Source: Eledone cirrhosa (taxonomy: Eukaryota). Taken from it: a DNA stretch of 64,000 nucleotides. Positions 13,635-26,494 of the stretch are shown here, piece by piece (positions within the stretch are counted from its first letter, which is position 1; the number at the start of each line of letters is the position of its first letter). Where the stretch lies: the NCBI GenBank assembly GCA_964016885.1, contig OZ024750.1, positions 31,744,001 through 31,808,000 on the forward strand, given 5' to 3'. Made by a program: the position numbers and the translations under genes. The notes beneath the pieces were generated by a model. That model made no database searches. It saw only the letters and a program-made list of their open reading frames with translations, and was not told where the DNA came from.

Positions 13635-14441
13635 TGTGTGTGTGTGTGAGAAGAAAGTGGAGGTGTTACAATTGTTTCACACACACTCAGCTCATGACCC
13701 GGGTCATGAGCTAACTGTGTGTGAAACAATTGTAAAACTACAGGTATAATTAGTATCCCGTTTGCCCTATCCCTTTCGGACATAGCGCCAATCATTCCAC
13801 CTATTTATACTCCATTTAACTCACCCATTTTCATAATTATTTATAATACACTTCCTATAGTATCCCCCTATATTATAACTTTTTTAGTGCTAACTATTAC
13901 TATTTTGGTCTTTCTCCTGCTTTTATACACTCTTTGACTATATGCTTTATAGACCCCTTCTTTTAAATCATTAATTTTGATTTTATCTAAAAAAAAATAT
14001 TATTATGAACGTCCCTTTTCCCTTTTTTCAAATATAAACATAATCTTTAACTATCTATTATATATTTTTTACTCATTTATTTCCCTTTCTTCGTAGTTAT
14101 GCCCCTTGTTATACTTACTTCCGGTTTCATATATTCTCTATTTGTTTTAAACGGTTAAATTCTTAGAATTTATAATATATTATTGTCTTTTATTCAAGTT
14201 TTACATGTATTGTAGTCCCTATTTTCAGTGACATGTATTGTATTTGGTATTGTTTTCTCTAAGATTAAATCTATGTATTAAAGCTCTGTTTATACAATTG
14301 TTTGCTTGACATTTCTCTGGCTCACTCACTTTGTTCGCTATTCTTGCATCAATACGCATTGAGCACACTGCCCCATTTACTACTGGCATATCATTTTCAT
14401 AACTAATCTCTTATCTCTCCTCCTCGATTAGTTTATATGCA

Positions 14442-14481
<40 letters not shown>

Positions 14482-14486
<5 letters not shown>

Positions 14487-14990
14487 TAAAATAACAGATT
14501 AAAGTTTAAGCAAAGAATCGCTGCTTTAACCCTTAACGGGATCTTCTGAAATTAACAAAGTCAATCTGTAAACGCAGAAGTGGATATTTAAAAAAACGTT
14601 GCAACCGGAGGAAGACAGGAAGACGATACTTTGGTTCGTGGAAACGTTCCCTGGCAAAGAACGCGAAAAAACGAATATAATACGTCATAAATAGGAGGGG
14701 TGAAAAACAATTACACGCAAAGACAGAACCACGTTTATGGTATAAAAGAAGTCGTAGACTAATGTTCTCTTAGGTGGTTCATAGAGACGTTCTCTGACAA
14801 TGAACGGAAACAACGAAGATAATACGTCATATGTGGAGCGTGGAGAACAATTGCACGCAAAGACAAAACCACGTAAATGGTATAGCTGAAGTCTAACTAG
14901 GAAACCGAATGATTCTCCGGTTCAGAGTTAAGAATAAAGTAAATAAAATACAATATCGAGCCCTCTTTGGATTTTAGTCTTCAAAATTAT
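14482..14990 (-). mobile_element. (TA)n-flanked interspersed repeat, likely PLE pseudo-LTR (other copies about 17330-17490 and 62087-62222)
   Basis: Shared GGTTGCAACGTTT..AAATAT..ACTTCTGCGTT.ACAGATT motif in three places; internal direct repeat about 14675-14760 and 14820-14895. Confidence 0.55.
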
Positions 14991-14996
14991 TATTAT

Positions 14997-15042
<46 letters not shown>

Positions 15043-15044
15043 GT

Positions 15045-15366
15045 TATTAATAAATGGAAACTATATTTATAAAACCATATTTGTTTCATTATACATATTT
15101 CAGAGATACCAAAAATAATGGTCGCATTTTAAAAGGGTACGTCAAAGCTTATTTGTAAAACTGTTATATATTGTATTTTGTCTGATGAAGGCATACCATA
15201 ATTTAATTTGGTATCCCTGAAATATGTATAATGAAATAAATATGGTTTTATAAATATAGTTTCCATTTGTTAATATCGTATATCTACTCCAAATATTTGT
15301 CGAGTGCTTTATATCAGTTATAAAAATATTTACTTGTTGTATCCCAACAATTTTAAATAGAACTTT

Positions 15367-15370
<4 letters not shown>
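15045..15370 (+). mobile_element. PLE-like fold-back module, family D
   Basis: Inverted arms about 15046-15112 and 15207-15274, flanked by (TA)n; homolog at 42094-42255. Confidence 0.7.
15174..15238 (+). ncRNA. type I hammerhead ribozyme fold (family D)
   Basis: TATTTTGT-CTGATGA-AGGCATACCA(loop)TGGTATCCCT-GAAA-TATGTA-TA-ATGAAATA. Confidence 0.7.
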
Positions 15371-15432
<62 letters not shown>

Positions 15433-15959
15433 GCCAACGTTTACTTTTCACTTAGCTCGTAAGCAGATACAGCAATGTCCTAATGTCGAGATATCACTGT
15501 CTAAAATATTTGATGTTCCTGTTCTGGTATAGTAAATGTTAATTTATTGAAACTAGTAAGACAACATATAACGCACTGTGTAGGCGGCAACAAACTGCAC
15601 GTAATGTCATTGTATCTATCTAACCTTACCCTTGTCTAAACAGCTCTTACTACAACTATATATATTGTAATTAATAGCGCATAAATGTATTTATCTGATC
15701 GCTGAGATACTTTGATCCTGTTAACAAATGTGAAGCCATAACAATATTCTACTCAGAATATGTCTGTAATAGGATTTCTTCAGCATCGTCTACTAATGAA
15801 AAATTATATTAAATATAATTTTATAATTCTATGAATTAATCTTACTAAAAAGGCTGCATTAATGTAATTTTCTGAAAGGCGCTGTTTACAAATAATGAAA
15901 AATTAAGTGTATACTAACGCATATATATAGCTATACATGCATACATAGTGCATGTGTAC

Positions 15960-15994
<35 letters not shown>

Positions 15995-16074
15995 CAGAGA
16001 GAGATAGAGAGAGAAGGAGGGGCGAGAGAAACATGTATACGTACATACACACACACACACACCTATACATATAA

Positions 16075-16183
<109 letters not shown>

Positions 16184-16370
16184 TTGAATTAGTAGCTTTA
16201 CTTTCTAGTGAATTATACGCTGCTATTATTAGACTAATGTCTGTGGTATACTAAAAAATAGGCTGAAGTTACTAATTCTATTCAATTTTAATCATGTGAT
16301 ATTTGTACACACTCATACACACTACACACATGCGCACACAGACACGCACATACATACATACACACACACT

Positions 16371-16438
<68 letters not shown>

Positions 16439-16496
16439 TATATACACATACATATATACATATATATATACACATACATATATATATATATAAATG

Positions 16497-16593
16497 CAGG
16501 GTGTCCCGAAAAATATATACACATTTTGATTACCTGAACAGGCAATATTTATTAGAATGCAGTTGAAGTGTGTGTATATTTTGGGGGGACACC

Positions 16594-16596
<3 letters not shown>
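16497..16596. mobile_element. 100-bp Tc1/mariner-type MITE
   Basis: TIRs CAGGGTGTCCCGAAAATATACACAC / GTGTGTATATTTTGGGGGGACACCATG in TA context. Confidence 0.65.
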
Positions 16597-16636
<40 letters not shown>

Positions 16637-16637
<1 letters not shown>

Positions 16638-17160
16638 TAGCAGAGGTACCCAGCGTTGCTCGGGTACTAAATAGCAGTTGTATACCATTTATATCAATAC
16701 TTCAGTGCTGCTTCGAAAACTATACTTTTACAAAATCATCGGCTTTTTCCAAAAGGGGGTTCCTGCCCCCAGGACTCCCCTACTCAATGTGTGCCAATTC
16801 TGAGAGTTCACATTCATCTGTAGGACAAACGTAGCCCACGTGTTAAGATTTGTGAAAATCGGTTGCGAACTCCAGAAGTTATGACGTTTGGTTGCATTGT
16901 ACTGCAGTGCTTCAGTCGACTCCAAAGAAGCGGTTAAAGGGGGTTATCTGCCGCGAGGCCCTATAATCAATATCTGGAAAAATGAAAGTGCCCATGACCA
17001 TCCGGAGTACATAAGTAATTTATGTCTAAAGTTTGGTGAAAATACTGTAGATAAGGTTTATACATAGGCGCGTGCGTGTGTGTGTGTATTTGTGGGTGTG
17101 TATGTATTTGTGTTTGCGTATGTATGTGTATGTCCGTCGGGACATACGTATGTACTGGCC
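16637..17160 (-). mobile_element. second non-autonomous Helitron (5' boundary uncertain)
   Basis: Minus-strand 3' end GTACCCGAGCAACGCTGGGTACCTCTGCTAG, same architecture as the 2564 end; internal AAGATTTGTGAAAATCGG-type motifs. Confidence 0.6.
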
Positions 17161-17684
17161 TAAATCTTCACTATTTACTTTTACTATTTTAATAACCTCT
17201 GTCATTTTCGTTTTTAATTTTATTTACATCATTCTTAAACTCCGGGGCTGGAAATCATTCTGTTATTTTAAATAGAATATTAGTCTAACGACTCCATTTA
17301 TACCATAAACTTGGTCTTGTCTTTGCATGAAATTGTTCTTCTCGATCCACATAACGACGTATTATTCTCGCTTTTTTTTCGTTCATTGCCAGGGAACCTC
17401 TTCACGAAACAAAATATCGTCTTCCTGATTTACTTCGGTTGCAACGTTTCTCAAAATATTTACTTCTGCGTTCACAGATTACTCTCTGGTCAATTTGAAT
17501 GGGAAATTCCTGTTACATCGATTTTCTCCGTAACCATGGAGGTTTGCAGCTTGAAAGTCGACACAACGCCTCCTCGGGTCATTCTGCATAACTGTTTAAA
17601 TTTTCGCTGCATTCCACTAAGCCATTTCGCCGTTTATCCAACTACACCTACATATACAACGTCCGACCACTTCAAATTTATATA

Positions 17685-17752
<68 letters not shown>

Positions 17753-18308
17753 AGAGAGAGAGAGAGAGGGGGGGAGCTTACAAAAAGGGGGAAGAAAGAG
17801 AGAGAGAGAGAGATTGTGTGGGTTTGCGAGAGAGATATAAGATGGCGAGAATGAAACGAATGTAGAGTGGGGAATTGGACAAAAATAAATAAAATACGAA
17901 ATAATATGTCTCTAAAGATAAACCCGAACAATTTGTCTTTCGCCTTTACGACAGACAATCAATTTGAAAGACAATGGGCCGTAAATATGCGACATTTTGA
18001 AAGGAATGTTAACAGATATAAGTCCTTATCTGGTGGATATTTCTAAGGGGCCTAGCGACAGGGGTTACTTATCCTCTTTGAGAGAATTGTCAATCATCTC
18101 TATAATTATGATTAATAGCCTTGGCAACCTAATGTTGATTTGTTTATAATTTGATTTTGAATGGATAGTTGAATTTATTAATCGTCCTAGGATAATTGGT
18201 GTTTTTTTCTAAAAGTATTTTTAATCATATTTATTATTTTGGTAGCAAGATGCTACGCTATATTCGTAAAAGAGTTTTGTTTTTATTAATTAATTAATAA
18301 CTAAATCT

Positions 18309-18510
18309 ACTTTTGGCACAATAACAGCAATTTGAAGGGAAAGGGAAAGTAAATTAAATCAACCCCCATATGCTATTAGTGCTTTATTTTATCGGCCCCG
18401 TAACGATGAAAGGCAAAGCTAGCCTTGGTGGGATTTGAAATCAAAGTGCCGTACCGCGATGTTCCAAAATATTTTGTGCGACTCTCTGCCGATACTGTTA
18501 AATCACCGCC
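18309..18510 (-). mobile_element. degenerate tRNA-derived SINE copy
   Basis: Diverged reverse complement of consensus. Confidence 0.7.
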
Positions 18511-19175
18511 ATTAATTCACTAAAAATATTAGCTGTCAACATATGTTTAATTCTTTCTTTAAATTCTTTATTTAAAACAATCAGTTAATTAAAATCTGTA
18601 GCCTACCAATACCTACCAATACCTCGCAAGCTATAACTATACTACCGCATTCTCTCACGATTAAGACCAACGATAATTAAATGTAGCTATACTACACGCA
18701 CACTCTCCGGCCCCCCGTACTTACTATAATGCACAGGTAAGCATTCTAAAACTCACTATTCACTATTTCGTAAACTCACACAACACAAGGGCTACATTTC
18801 CGGTTCATTCAACAACTTATAGCCCCACCCTCATACATATTACGTCACATTAAAACTATCCTTTACTGCATTATATATGTGCAAGTAATTATCCAAGTAT
18901 TCCCCGCGTATTTTTCATTATTTTCACATTCATATAAAACCCTTCCCCCACGCACAATTTAGTTTTTTTTTCAAATGATTTCCTCATGTGTGTTCCATAT
19001 AATTTCCGTATACATTTCGAAATCCTTATACCCATGCATAACATTTTGTAGACCAACGACTACGCATTTTTAACAGAAATAAAGTGACAAAAATGTTATG
19101 TTTCTCTCATTGTGAAAAGCACAATATAACCTCCTGGTCAAAACTAAATATATTTCGAGATATACACAATGTAAA

Positions 19176-19226
<51 letters not shown>

Positions 19227-19515
19227 ATACAAACGAGTTGGCAGCCACCATATATATATGTATATATGTATATATGTATATATGTATATATATATATATG
19301 TATATATATATTATGTATATATATGTGTATATATATATTATGTATATATATATGTATATATATATGTATATATATATGTATATATATATATGTATATATA
19401 TATGTATATATATGTATATATATATATATGTATATATATGTATATATATGTATATATATGTATATATATATATGTATGTATATGTATGTATGTATATATA
19501 TATGTATATATATAT

Positions 19516-20562
19516 GGAGAGATGAGCCCTTAGCCTTTGTCAATACAGAATTCTAGGAGAATGAAAACTCTGATATAACACCTGCAACCCTGATGATATC
19601 CAATGATGTTGACTTGTTCTTCTTTTTGGTAAATATCATCTTGGTTAAGAGAGTGGGACTGGCTTTGTGCAGTGCCTTTGCTCACTATAAAAGCTTCACG
19701 GCAGAAGCATTGCTTTATATCTGGAGATCTCTCTGCACTCGTTGTCACATGGTACCATGAGCCCAGCACTATGTGTCAATAATTGTCACAAGTGTAGTGT
19801 TTGTTCCAGAGTTTTCAAGTCGCTGGCTGGACTAAAAAGTCACACTCGTTCAGTGCATTGGTAGGGGTTCTCCTACATGGATATAAAGTAGTGGCCGTAC
19901 TCGAAAACGATTTAGCAGCCACCATATATGTATGTATGTATATATATATATATGTATGTATATATGTATATATGTATATATGTAACATGTATCCCAGTAC
20001 AACTTGTCCTATGATCGGGTCGTTGGCGACTAAACTGGCAACCCTACCAAGGTTTCTTAGTGAGGAGGGTGACTTTGGACATCCTGCAGGACTAAAAACA
20101 AAACCTGTCAAAGGGCAATGAGCTCTTAAGAGTCAATGGCCATCCAAAATCACCGGGCGATATGACCCCTTAGCCTTTGTCAAGGCAGAATTCTCGGAGA
20201 AGGAAAATTCTGATATAACACCTGCAACCCTGATGGTATCCAATGAGGTTGACTTGTTCTTCTTTTTGGTAACTATCATCTTGGTTAATAGAGTGGAGAT
20301 CTCTCTGCACTTGTCGTCACATGGTATCATGGGCCCAGCACTATATGTCAATAATTGTCACAAGTGTAGTGTTTGTACCAGAGTTTTCAAGTCGCTGGCT
20401 GCACTAAAAAGTCACACTCGTTCAGCGCATCGGTAGGGCTTCTCCTACATGGATATAAGCATGGATATAAAGTAGTGGCCGTACTCGAAAACAATTTGGC
20501 AGCCACCATATATGTATGTATATATATATATATATGTATGTATGTATGTATATATATATATG

Positions 20563-20621
<59 letters not shown>

Positions 20622-20724
20622 TTATATATATATATGTATGTTTATATATATATGTATGTTTATATATATATATATGTATGTATATATATATATATATGTA
20701 TGTATCTATATATATGTATGTATG

Positions 20725-20755
<31 letters not shown>

Positions 20756-21457
20756 ATGTATGTATATATGTGTGTATGTATGTATGTATGTATGTATGTA
20801 TGTATGTATGTATGTATGTATGTATGTATGTATGTATGTATGTATGTATATATGTATGTATGTTGGTGCTACTGGTAACATGTATCCCAGTACAACCTGT
20901 CTCATAGTCGGGTCGTTGGCGACTAAACTGGCAACCCCACTAAGGTTTCTTGGTGAGGAGGGTGACTTTGGACATCCTGCAGGACTAAAAACAAAACCTG
21001 TCAAAGGGCAAAGGAGCTCTTAAGAGTCAATGGCCATCCAAAATCACTGGGAGAGATGACCCCTTAGCCTTTGTCAAGGCAGAATTCTAGGAGAAGGAAA
21101 ACTCTGATATAACACCTGCAACCCTGATGGTATCCAATGATGTTGACTTGTTCTTCTTTTTGGTAAATATCATCTTGGTTAAGAGAGTGGGACTGGCTTT
21201 GTGCAGTGCCTTTGCTCACTATAAAATCTTCACGGCACAGGCATTGCTTTATATCTGGAGATCTCTCTGCACTTGCCGTCACATGGTACCATGGGCCCAG
21301 CACTATGTGTCAATAATTGTCACAAGTGTAGTGTTTGTACCAGAGTTTTCAAGTCGCTGACTGGACTAAAAAGTCACACTCGTTCAGCGCATCGGTAGGG
21401 GTTCTCCTACATGGATATAAAGTAGTGGCCGTACTCGAAAACGAGTTGGCAGCCACC

Positions 21458-21458
<1 letters not shown>
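19516..21458 (+). mobile_element. three tandem copies of an internally deleted (bipartite) RTE-type element separated by microsatellites (19516-19924, 19982-20508, 20862-21458)
   Basis: RTE-like 5' motif CTAGGAGAAGGAAAACTCTGAT joined to a C-terminal C2H2 remnant ([22 protein letters not shown]) and 3' end GTAGTGGCCGTACTCGAAAACGAGTTGGCAGCCACCA(TA)n; no RT. Confidence 0.65.
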
Positions 21459-21488
<30 letters not shown>

Positions 21489-21644
21489 CGTGAGAGAGAG
21501 TGTGTGTATATATATTTGTGTGTGTGTGTGTGTGTGTGTATGTGTGTATGCGTGTATATATATGTATATATGTGTGTATATATGCGTATATATGTTTGTA
21601 TATATATGTGTATATTTATGTATATGTCTGTGTTTGTATGTGTA

Positions 21645-21689
<45 letters not shown>

Positions 21690-21788
21690 GCATGTGTATG
21701 TGTGTGTGTGTGTGTATATATGTGTATATGTGAGTGTGTGTATATATGTGTGTGTATATGTATGTATATGTATATGTGTGTATGTATA

Positions 21789-21833
<45 letters not shown>

Positions 21834-21973
21834 GTATATATGTATATATATTTGTATATGTATGTATGTGTGTATGTGTGTATGTATGTGTGTGTGTGTG
21901 TGTGTGTGTATATGTATATATGTGTATATATATATTGTGTGTGTGTGTATATATATATGTGTATATGTATATT

Positions 21974-22031
<58 letters not shown>

Positions 22032-22038
<7 letters not shown>

Positions 22039-22374
22039 TTAATATAGATGAAATTCTACAGGACTAGAACTGTTTCATTCTTTAGAAATCATCAGGAATC
22101 TAATTCTACAAAGCTATAGTTTATTTTTATTATTATTATTAATTTATGTTTTTAGAGTAACAAAGGCAGACAGAATTCTATAAACAGGTTCCGGATGGCA
22201 TACCATTCCTTGTCATTAAGTTTCTCTTAAGCTAACAGATGTCTATAAGATGATTTCTAAAGAATGAAACAGTTCTAGTCCTGTAGAATCTCATCTATAT
22301 TAAAACTTTTATACTCTGCTATGTTTTGAGTACCTTACTTACTGTGGTTACCTCCGATTCAACCCGGAATAACG

Positions 22375-22375
<1 letters not shown>
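22032..22375. mobile_element. PLE fold-back module, family A, with minus-strand hammerhead at about 22051-22101
   Basis: Inverted arms about 22035-22092 and 22250-22306; minus strand AGATTC-CTGATGA-TTTCTAAAGAAT-GAAA-CAGTTCTAGTCCTG-TA-GAATTT. Confidence 0.75.
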
Positions 22376-22407
<32 letters not shown>

Positions 22408-22447
22408 ATGTGTGTATATATGTGTATGTATTTGTGTATATATGTAT

Positions 22448-22494
<47 letters not shown>

Positions 22495-22512
22495 TATATG
22501 TATGCATGGTGT

Positions 22513-22592
<80 letters not shown>

Positions 22593-22859
22593 GTCTATAT
22601 ATATGTGTATATATATATATATATGAATATATTTATATATGTGTGTGTGTTTTTATGTGTGTATATGTGTATGTGTATGTGTGTTTATGGTTGCGCGCGT
22701 GTGTGTGAGTGAGTGTGTTTTTTTGTGAATGTGTCTGTTAATACATGGCATATAGTTGATTAGTTTAAGAGAAGTTCGAAGATAATTGTAAGATATGCAC
22801 TCAATATTCTGAATTTGTCTACAGAATTCTCTAAACCTTTGTCACTTAGTAGAACCTTA

Positions 22860-23322
22860 ATGAATTTAGCTTTTAAAGAATCTCCCTTTCCTTCAATTCT
22901 ATCTACCATGACTGACCCCCACTGATCTTATAGACATCTGTTAGCTTAAGAGAAACTTAATGACAAGGAATGGTATGCCATCCGGAACCTGTTTATAGAA
23001 TTCTGTCTACCTTTGTTACTCTAAAAACATAAATTAATAATAATAATAAAAATAAACTATAGCTTCGTAGAATTAGCTTTTAATGAATTCCCTTTTCTAT
23101 CAACCAATGACCTACACCCATCCCACTCCCCACCCTCTCCTACCACTTGTAGAGACCTATAAATACCATATTTATTTTTTGATACCCAGATTCCTGATGA
23201 TTTCTAAAGAATGAAACAGTTCTAGTCCTGTAGAATCTCATCTATATTAAAACTTTTATACTCTGCATTTTATTGAGTACCTTACTTACTGTGGTTTCCT
23301 CCGATTCAACCCGGAATAACGT
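22860..23322 (+). mobile_element. PLE 3' module, family A
   Basis: 22927-23075 is the reverse complement of 22100-22250; ends CAACCCGGAATAACG(TA)n like 22375. Confidence 0.75.
23188..23238 (+). ncRNA. type I hammerhead ribozyme (family A), predicted cleavage after GUA at 23232
   Basis: Stem I AGATTC/GAATCT, core CTGATGA, stem II TTC-TAAA-GAA, GAAA, stem III ACAG/CTGT, GUA triplet. Confidence 0.85.
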
Positions 23323-23342
23323 ATATATATATATATATATAT

Positions 23343-23536
23343 ATAGGAACCAGTAAGACCCCGACAGCTGAGCTCAAGCCGTTTCGACGGCTAATTCTGA
23401 GTCCAGAATTAGCCGTCGAAACGGCTTGAGCTCAGCTGTCGGGGTCTTACTGGTTCCTATTACCCACTCTACTACCACAAGTATTGAGTACTTTGGTGCG
23501 TTATGGTCCACCTGGTTCCTTACCACATTTCCTTCG

Positions 23537-23539
<3 letters not shown>
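23343..23539 (+). mobile_element. fold-back short element, family B, with a perfect 57-bp-arm palindrome (23343-23460)
   Basis: Arms 23343-23399 and 23404-23460 are exact reverse complements with a 4-nt loop; flanked by (TA)n. Confidence 0.8.
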
Positions 23540-23596
<57 letters not shown>

Positions 23597-24180
23597 TAGT
23601 GTTGTTAGTTTATTCTAAGAAATGCAAGCATCACCGGCTCTGTCACAATCAGTCTAAGATTGGAATAACTTTACACAAAAAGTTAATATCGTGCACAGTG
23701 ACAGTAATAAAATAATTTCAAATCACATTAGTTGATAGGTATGGTGACATTAATACTGAACTAAAACTACAAGGAAACAAGAAGTATTTCATACGAAATG
23801 CATTGTAAATTGATTTACTGTCAATGTTCAGATATTTTTCTGTAAAATCTATGTTCGTTTAATGTGCTAAATAGATTTAAGTATTAAATAAGTTTAGTTT
23901 TCTAAATTCAGTTAAGTATGACAAAATTGACATAATTAATATCTCGTTAATCAAATCTAGACAAAAATGTTGTCAATATCTTTTGTTTTCTTCATTGCTT
24001 TAGTTTTATAATTCCACCACAAATGGAATATTTCGTATTTTGAAAAGCTTTATTTCAACGTTAATATTTATATACATTGATATATACATGCACATAACAT
24101 GTATATAAATACGTACACATACACACGCGCAAACTCTCAAACACAAATCTCTCTTTCCTTCTCTCTCTATCTTTCTATTT

Positions 24181-24218
<38 letters not shown>

Positions 24219-24221
<3 letters not shown>

Positions 24222-24355
24222 GTTAAGCAACGTTGGGCCTAGTTAGTACTTAAAGGGGTGACCGCTTGGGAGATCTACGCGTTTTAAATATGCCGGGTCG
24301 TGGTACAAAGTTAGACATGGCTAGGGCCAATCCTGGGCGAAACTTATCAAAGTGA
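24219..24355 (+). pseudogene. 5S rRNA-derived fragment (SINE3-like head) with a non-5S tail
   Basis: GAGGTTAAGCAACGTTGGGCCTAGTTAGTACTTAAAGGGGTGACCGCTTGGGA resembles the internal control region and 3' half of animal 5S rRNA. Confidence 0.7.
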
Positions 24356-24359
24356 TATA

Positions 24360-24428
<69 letters not shown>

Positions 24429-24454
24429 ATATATATATATATAAAATATATAAA

Positions 24455-24520
<66 letters not shown>

Positions 24521-24536
24521 CATATATATATATAAA

Positions 24537-24583
<47 letters not shown>

Positions 24584-24908
24584 ATATATATATATAAACA
24601 TATATATATATATATAAACATATATATATATATAAACATATATATATATATATAAACATATATATATATATATATAAACATATATATATATATATATAAA
24701 CATATATATATATATAAACATATATATATATAAGCATAATATATAAGATCAAAAGCTGGTTAAATGAGTTCCATGTATTTTATTATGCGCATTTCAAAAA
24801 CAAATATCATCATGCAATAACATTTGTGTTTTCATCAGATAAAATAGGACATGATATGAAGGTTAAAAAATACTTGTGGATAATGCAGTTTTAAATCAAC
24901 ATATATAT

Positions 24909-25106
24909 AGTGAATGTAATAGATAAAATCCATGGGGCTGAAAATCAAAGACCCTATGGCGACCGCCATCCACCATCTTCTACCTTTGTCGGTCGCCCAC
25001 GAGTGACGTCACTTGAGGGCGACCTGCAAAGGTAGAAGATGCTGGATGGCGGTCGCCATCGGGTCTTTGATTTTCAGCCCCATGGATTTTATCTATTACA
25101 TTCACT
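24909..25106. mobile_element. 198-bp fold-back palindrome (MITE-like)
   Basis: Near-perfect inverted repeat over its whole length, centred on AGTGACGTCACT, TA context. Confidence 0.8.
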
Positions 25107-25145
25107 TATTATATTTCGAATACCTGATGATATCACCGGATTCAT

Positions 25146-25329
25146 ACTCTACCAATATGCTAAAATAGAACATAAGGGTAAATTAGAGAACATAGAAATA
25201 AAAATAGAATCTACACACAGAAAAGACGCAATGTTTAGAGAAATCACAGAGGCAATAAACATAAAAGAATTACAACCAAAATTAAATAGAAAATATGAGT
25301 GGAACAGCAACATCACAACTTACAATTAA
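25146..25329 (+). pseudogene. PLE GIY-YIG endonuclease C-terminal fragment
   Basis: ..HRKDAMFREITEAINIKELQPKLNRKYEW: R-x3-EA-x-x-I...P-x-LN signature, followed by a hammerhead-bearing 3' region. Confidence 0.7.
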
Positions 25330-25532
25330 GGGCAAAATGAAAACACACACGCACACAAAACAAACAACCAACCTGTAATATTTAAATAAACAAATAAATA
25401 AACGAATATAAACACACACAGACACCCGGATGTTGCGCATTCGCAGACTGAGCACACAACACACACACACAGAAACAAGATGGCGTAGGACAGAACAAAG
25501 GAGAGGCACAAAAACAAAGAAAAGAATCTCCA

Positions 25533-25575
25533 GTCACTGAAGAGGTCACAGAATGTGTGACGAAAGAACTTTGAC
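25533..25575 (+). ncRNA. type I hammerhead ribozyme fold (family E) in the PLE 3' region
   Basis: GTCA-CTGAAGA-G-GTCACA(GAATG)TGTGAC-GAAA-GAAC-TT-TGAC. Confidence 0.75.
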
Positions 25576-26494
25576 AATATATAAACAACCATCTGGTTGT
25601 GGAACCAACCAACCGGAAATTTATAAATTCCTAAATTTATAAATTTATTATAATAAATTGAAGTGAAAGCAACTGGTGCGTGTGTTTCTTATTGGCAACA
25701 TGACCCTCCCAAAGTATAACCACATATTTATATACATTCACACATATTTACTCACACACACACAGGGGTTGATTGTTCATTGACTTATGTGAGTCAGGAA
25801 ATATGAATGATGCTTTAGATCTAGTATAGGGGTTTAGTTTTATAGTTGGCTTTGTTCAAGTGGATTGCTTAAGAGTTAAGCATTCGGAGGTGTCATCCCC
25901 TGTGTATTTTGATTAAAGCCGTCTCTGTTTTACTGAGTGTATTATTTACGAGTTGAGAGATTCAGAGATTACTTTGCGTTTGGTTGAGATGTATTTACAT
26001 TCAGATTATATATTTAACGGTCTTATTTGCTTATTTACATAAATATATGCAACTATGTCTTTGTGTATGTCTGTATGTGTGTACACCTGTATGTTTGTCA
26101 ATGTCTGTCTCTGTTGCAACTACATGTCTGTCTCTGTGTGCAACTACATGTCTGTGTATATCTATATGTGTGTGCACCAACATGTCTGTGTATAATTGTA
26201 TGTGTGTGTATATCTCTGTGTTTATGTATGTTAGTGTGTGTGTACCTGAAAATTTCGACATGTTTGGATGCGTTTTCTTCATGCGCCCAAAACACAATAA
26301 TAATATTTACATTGCAAAATATATAGAATTAAATATAGAATTAAATATTTCGTTAACTCTTTCATATAACATATTGAAACATACCTTTCACTTATATTTT
26401 GTTTACACGATGTTTATTTAGTTAATAGCCTTACAGTATTATATTGACTTACGAGTGTCAAGATCTATGTTGACGTAGAAATATGTGGGAATAT

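Noticed and set aside
20233-20436. Host C2H2 zinc-finger gene
   Set aside because: A single finger within a thrice-repeated retroelement 3' end, frameshifted in the other copies
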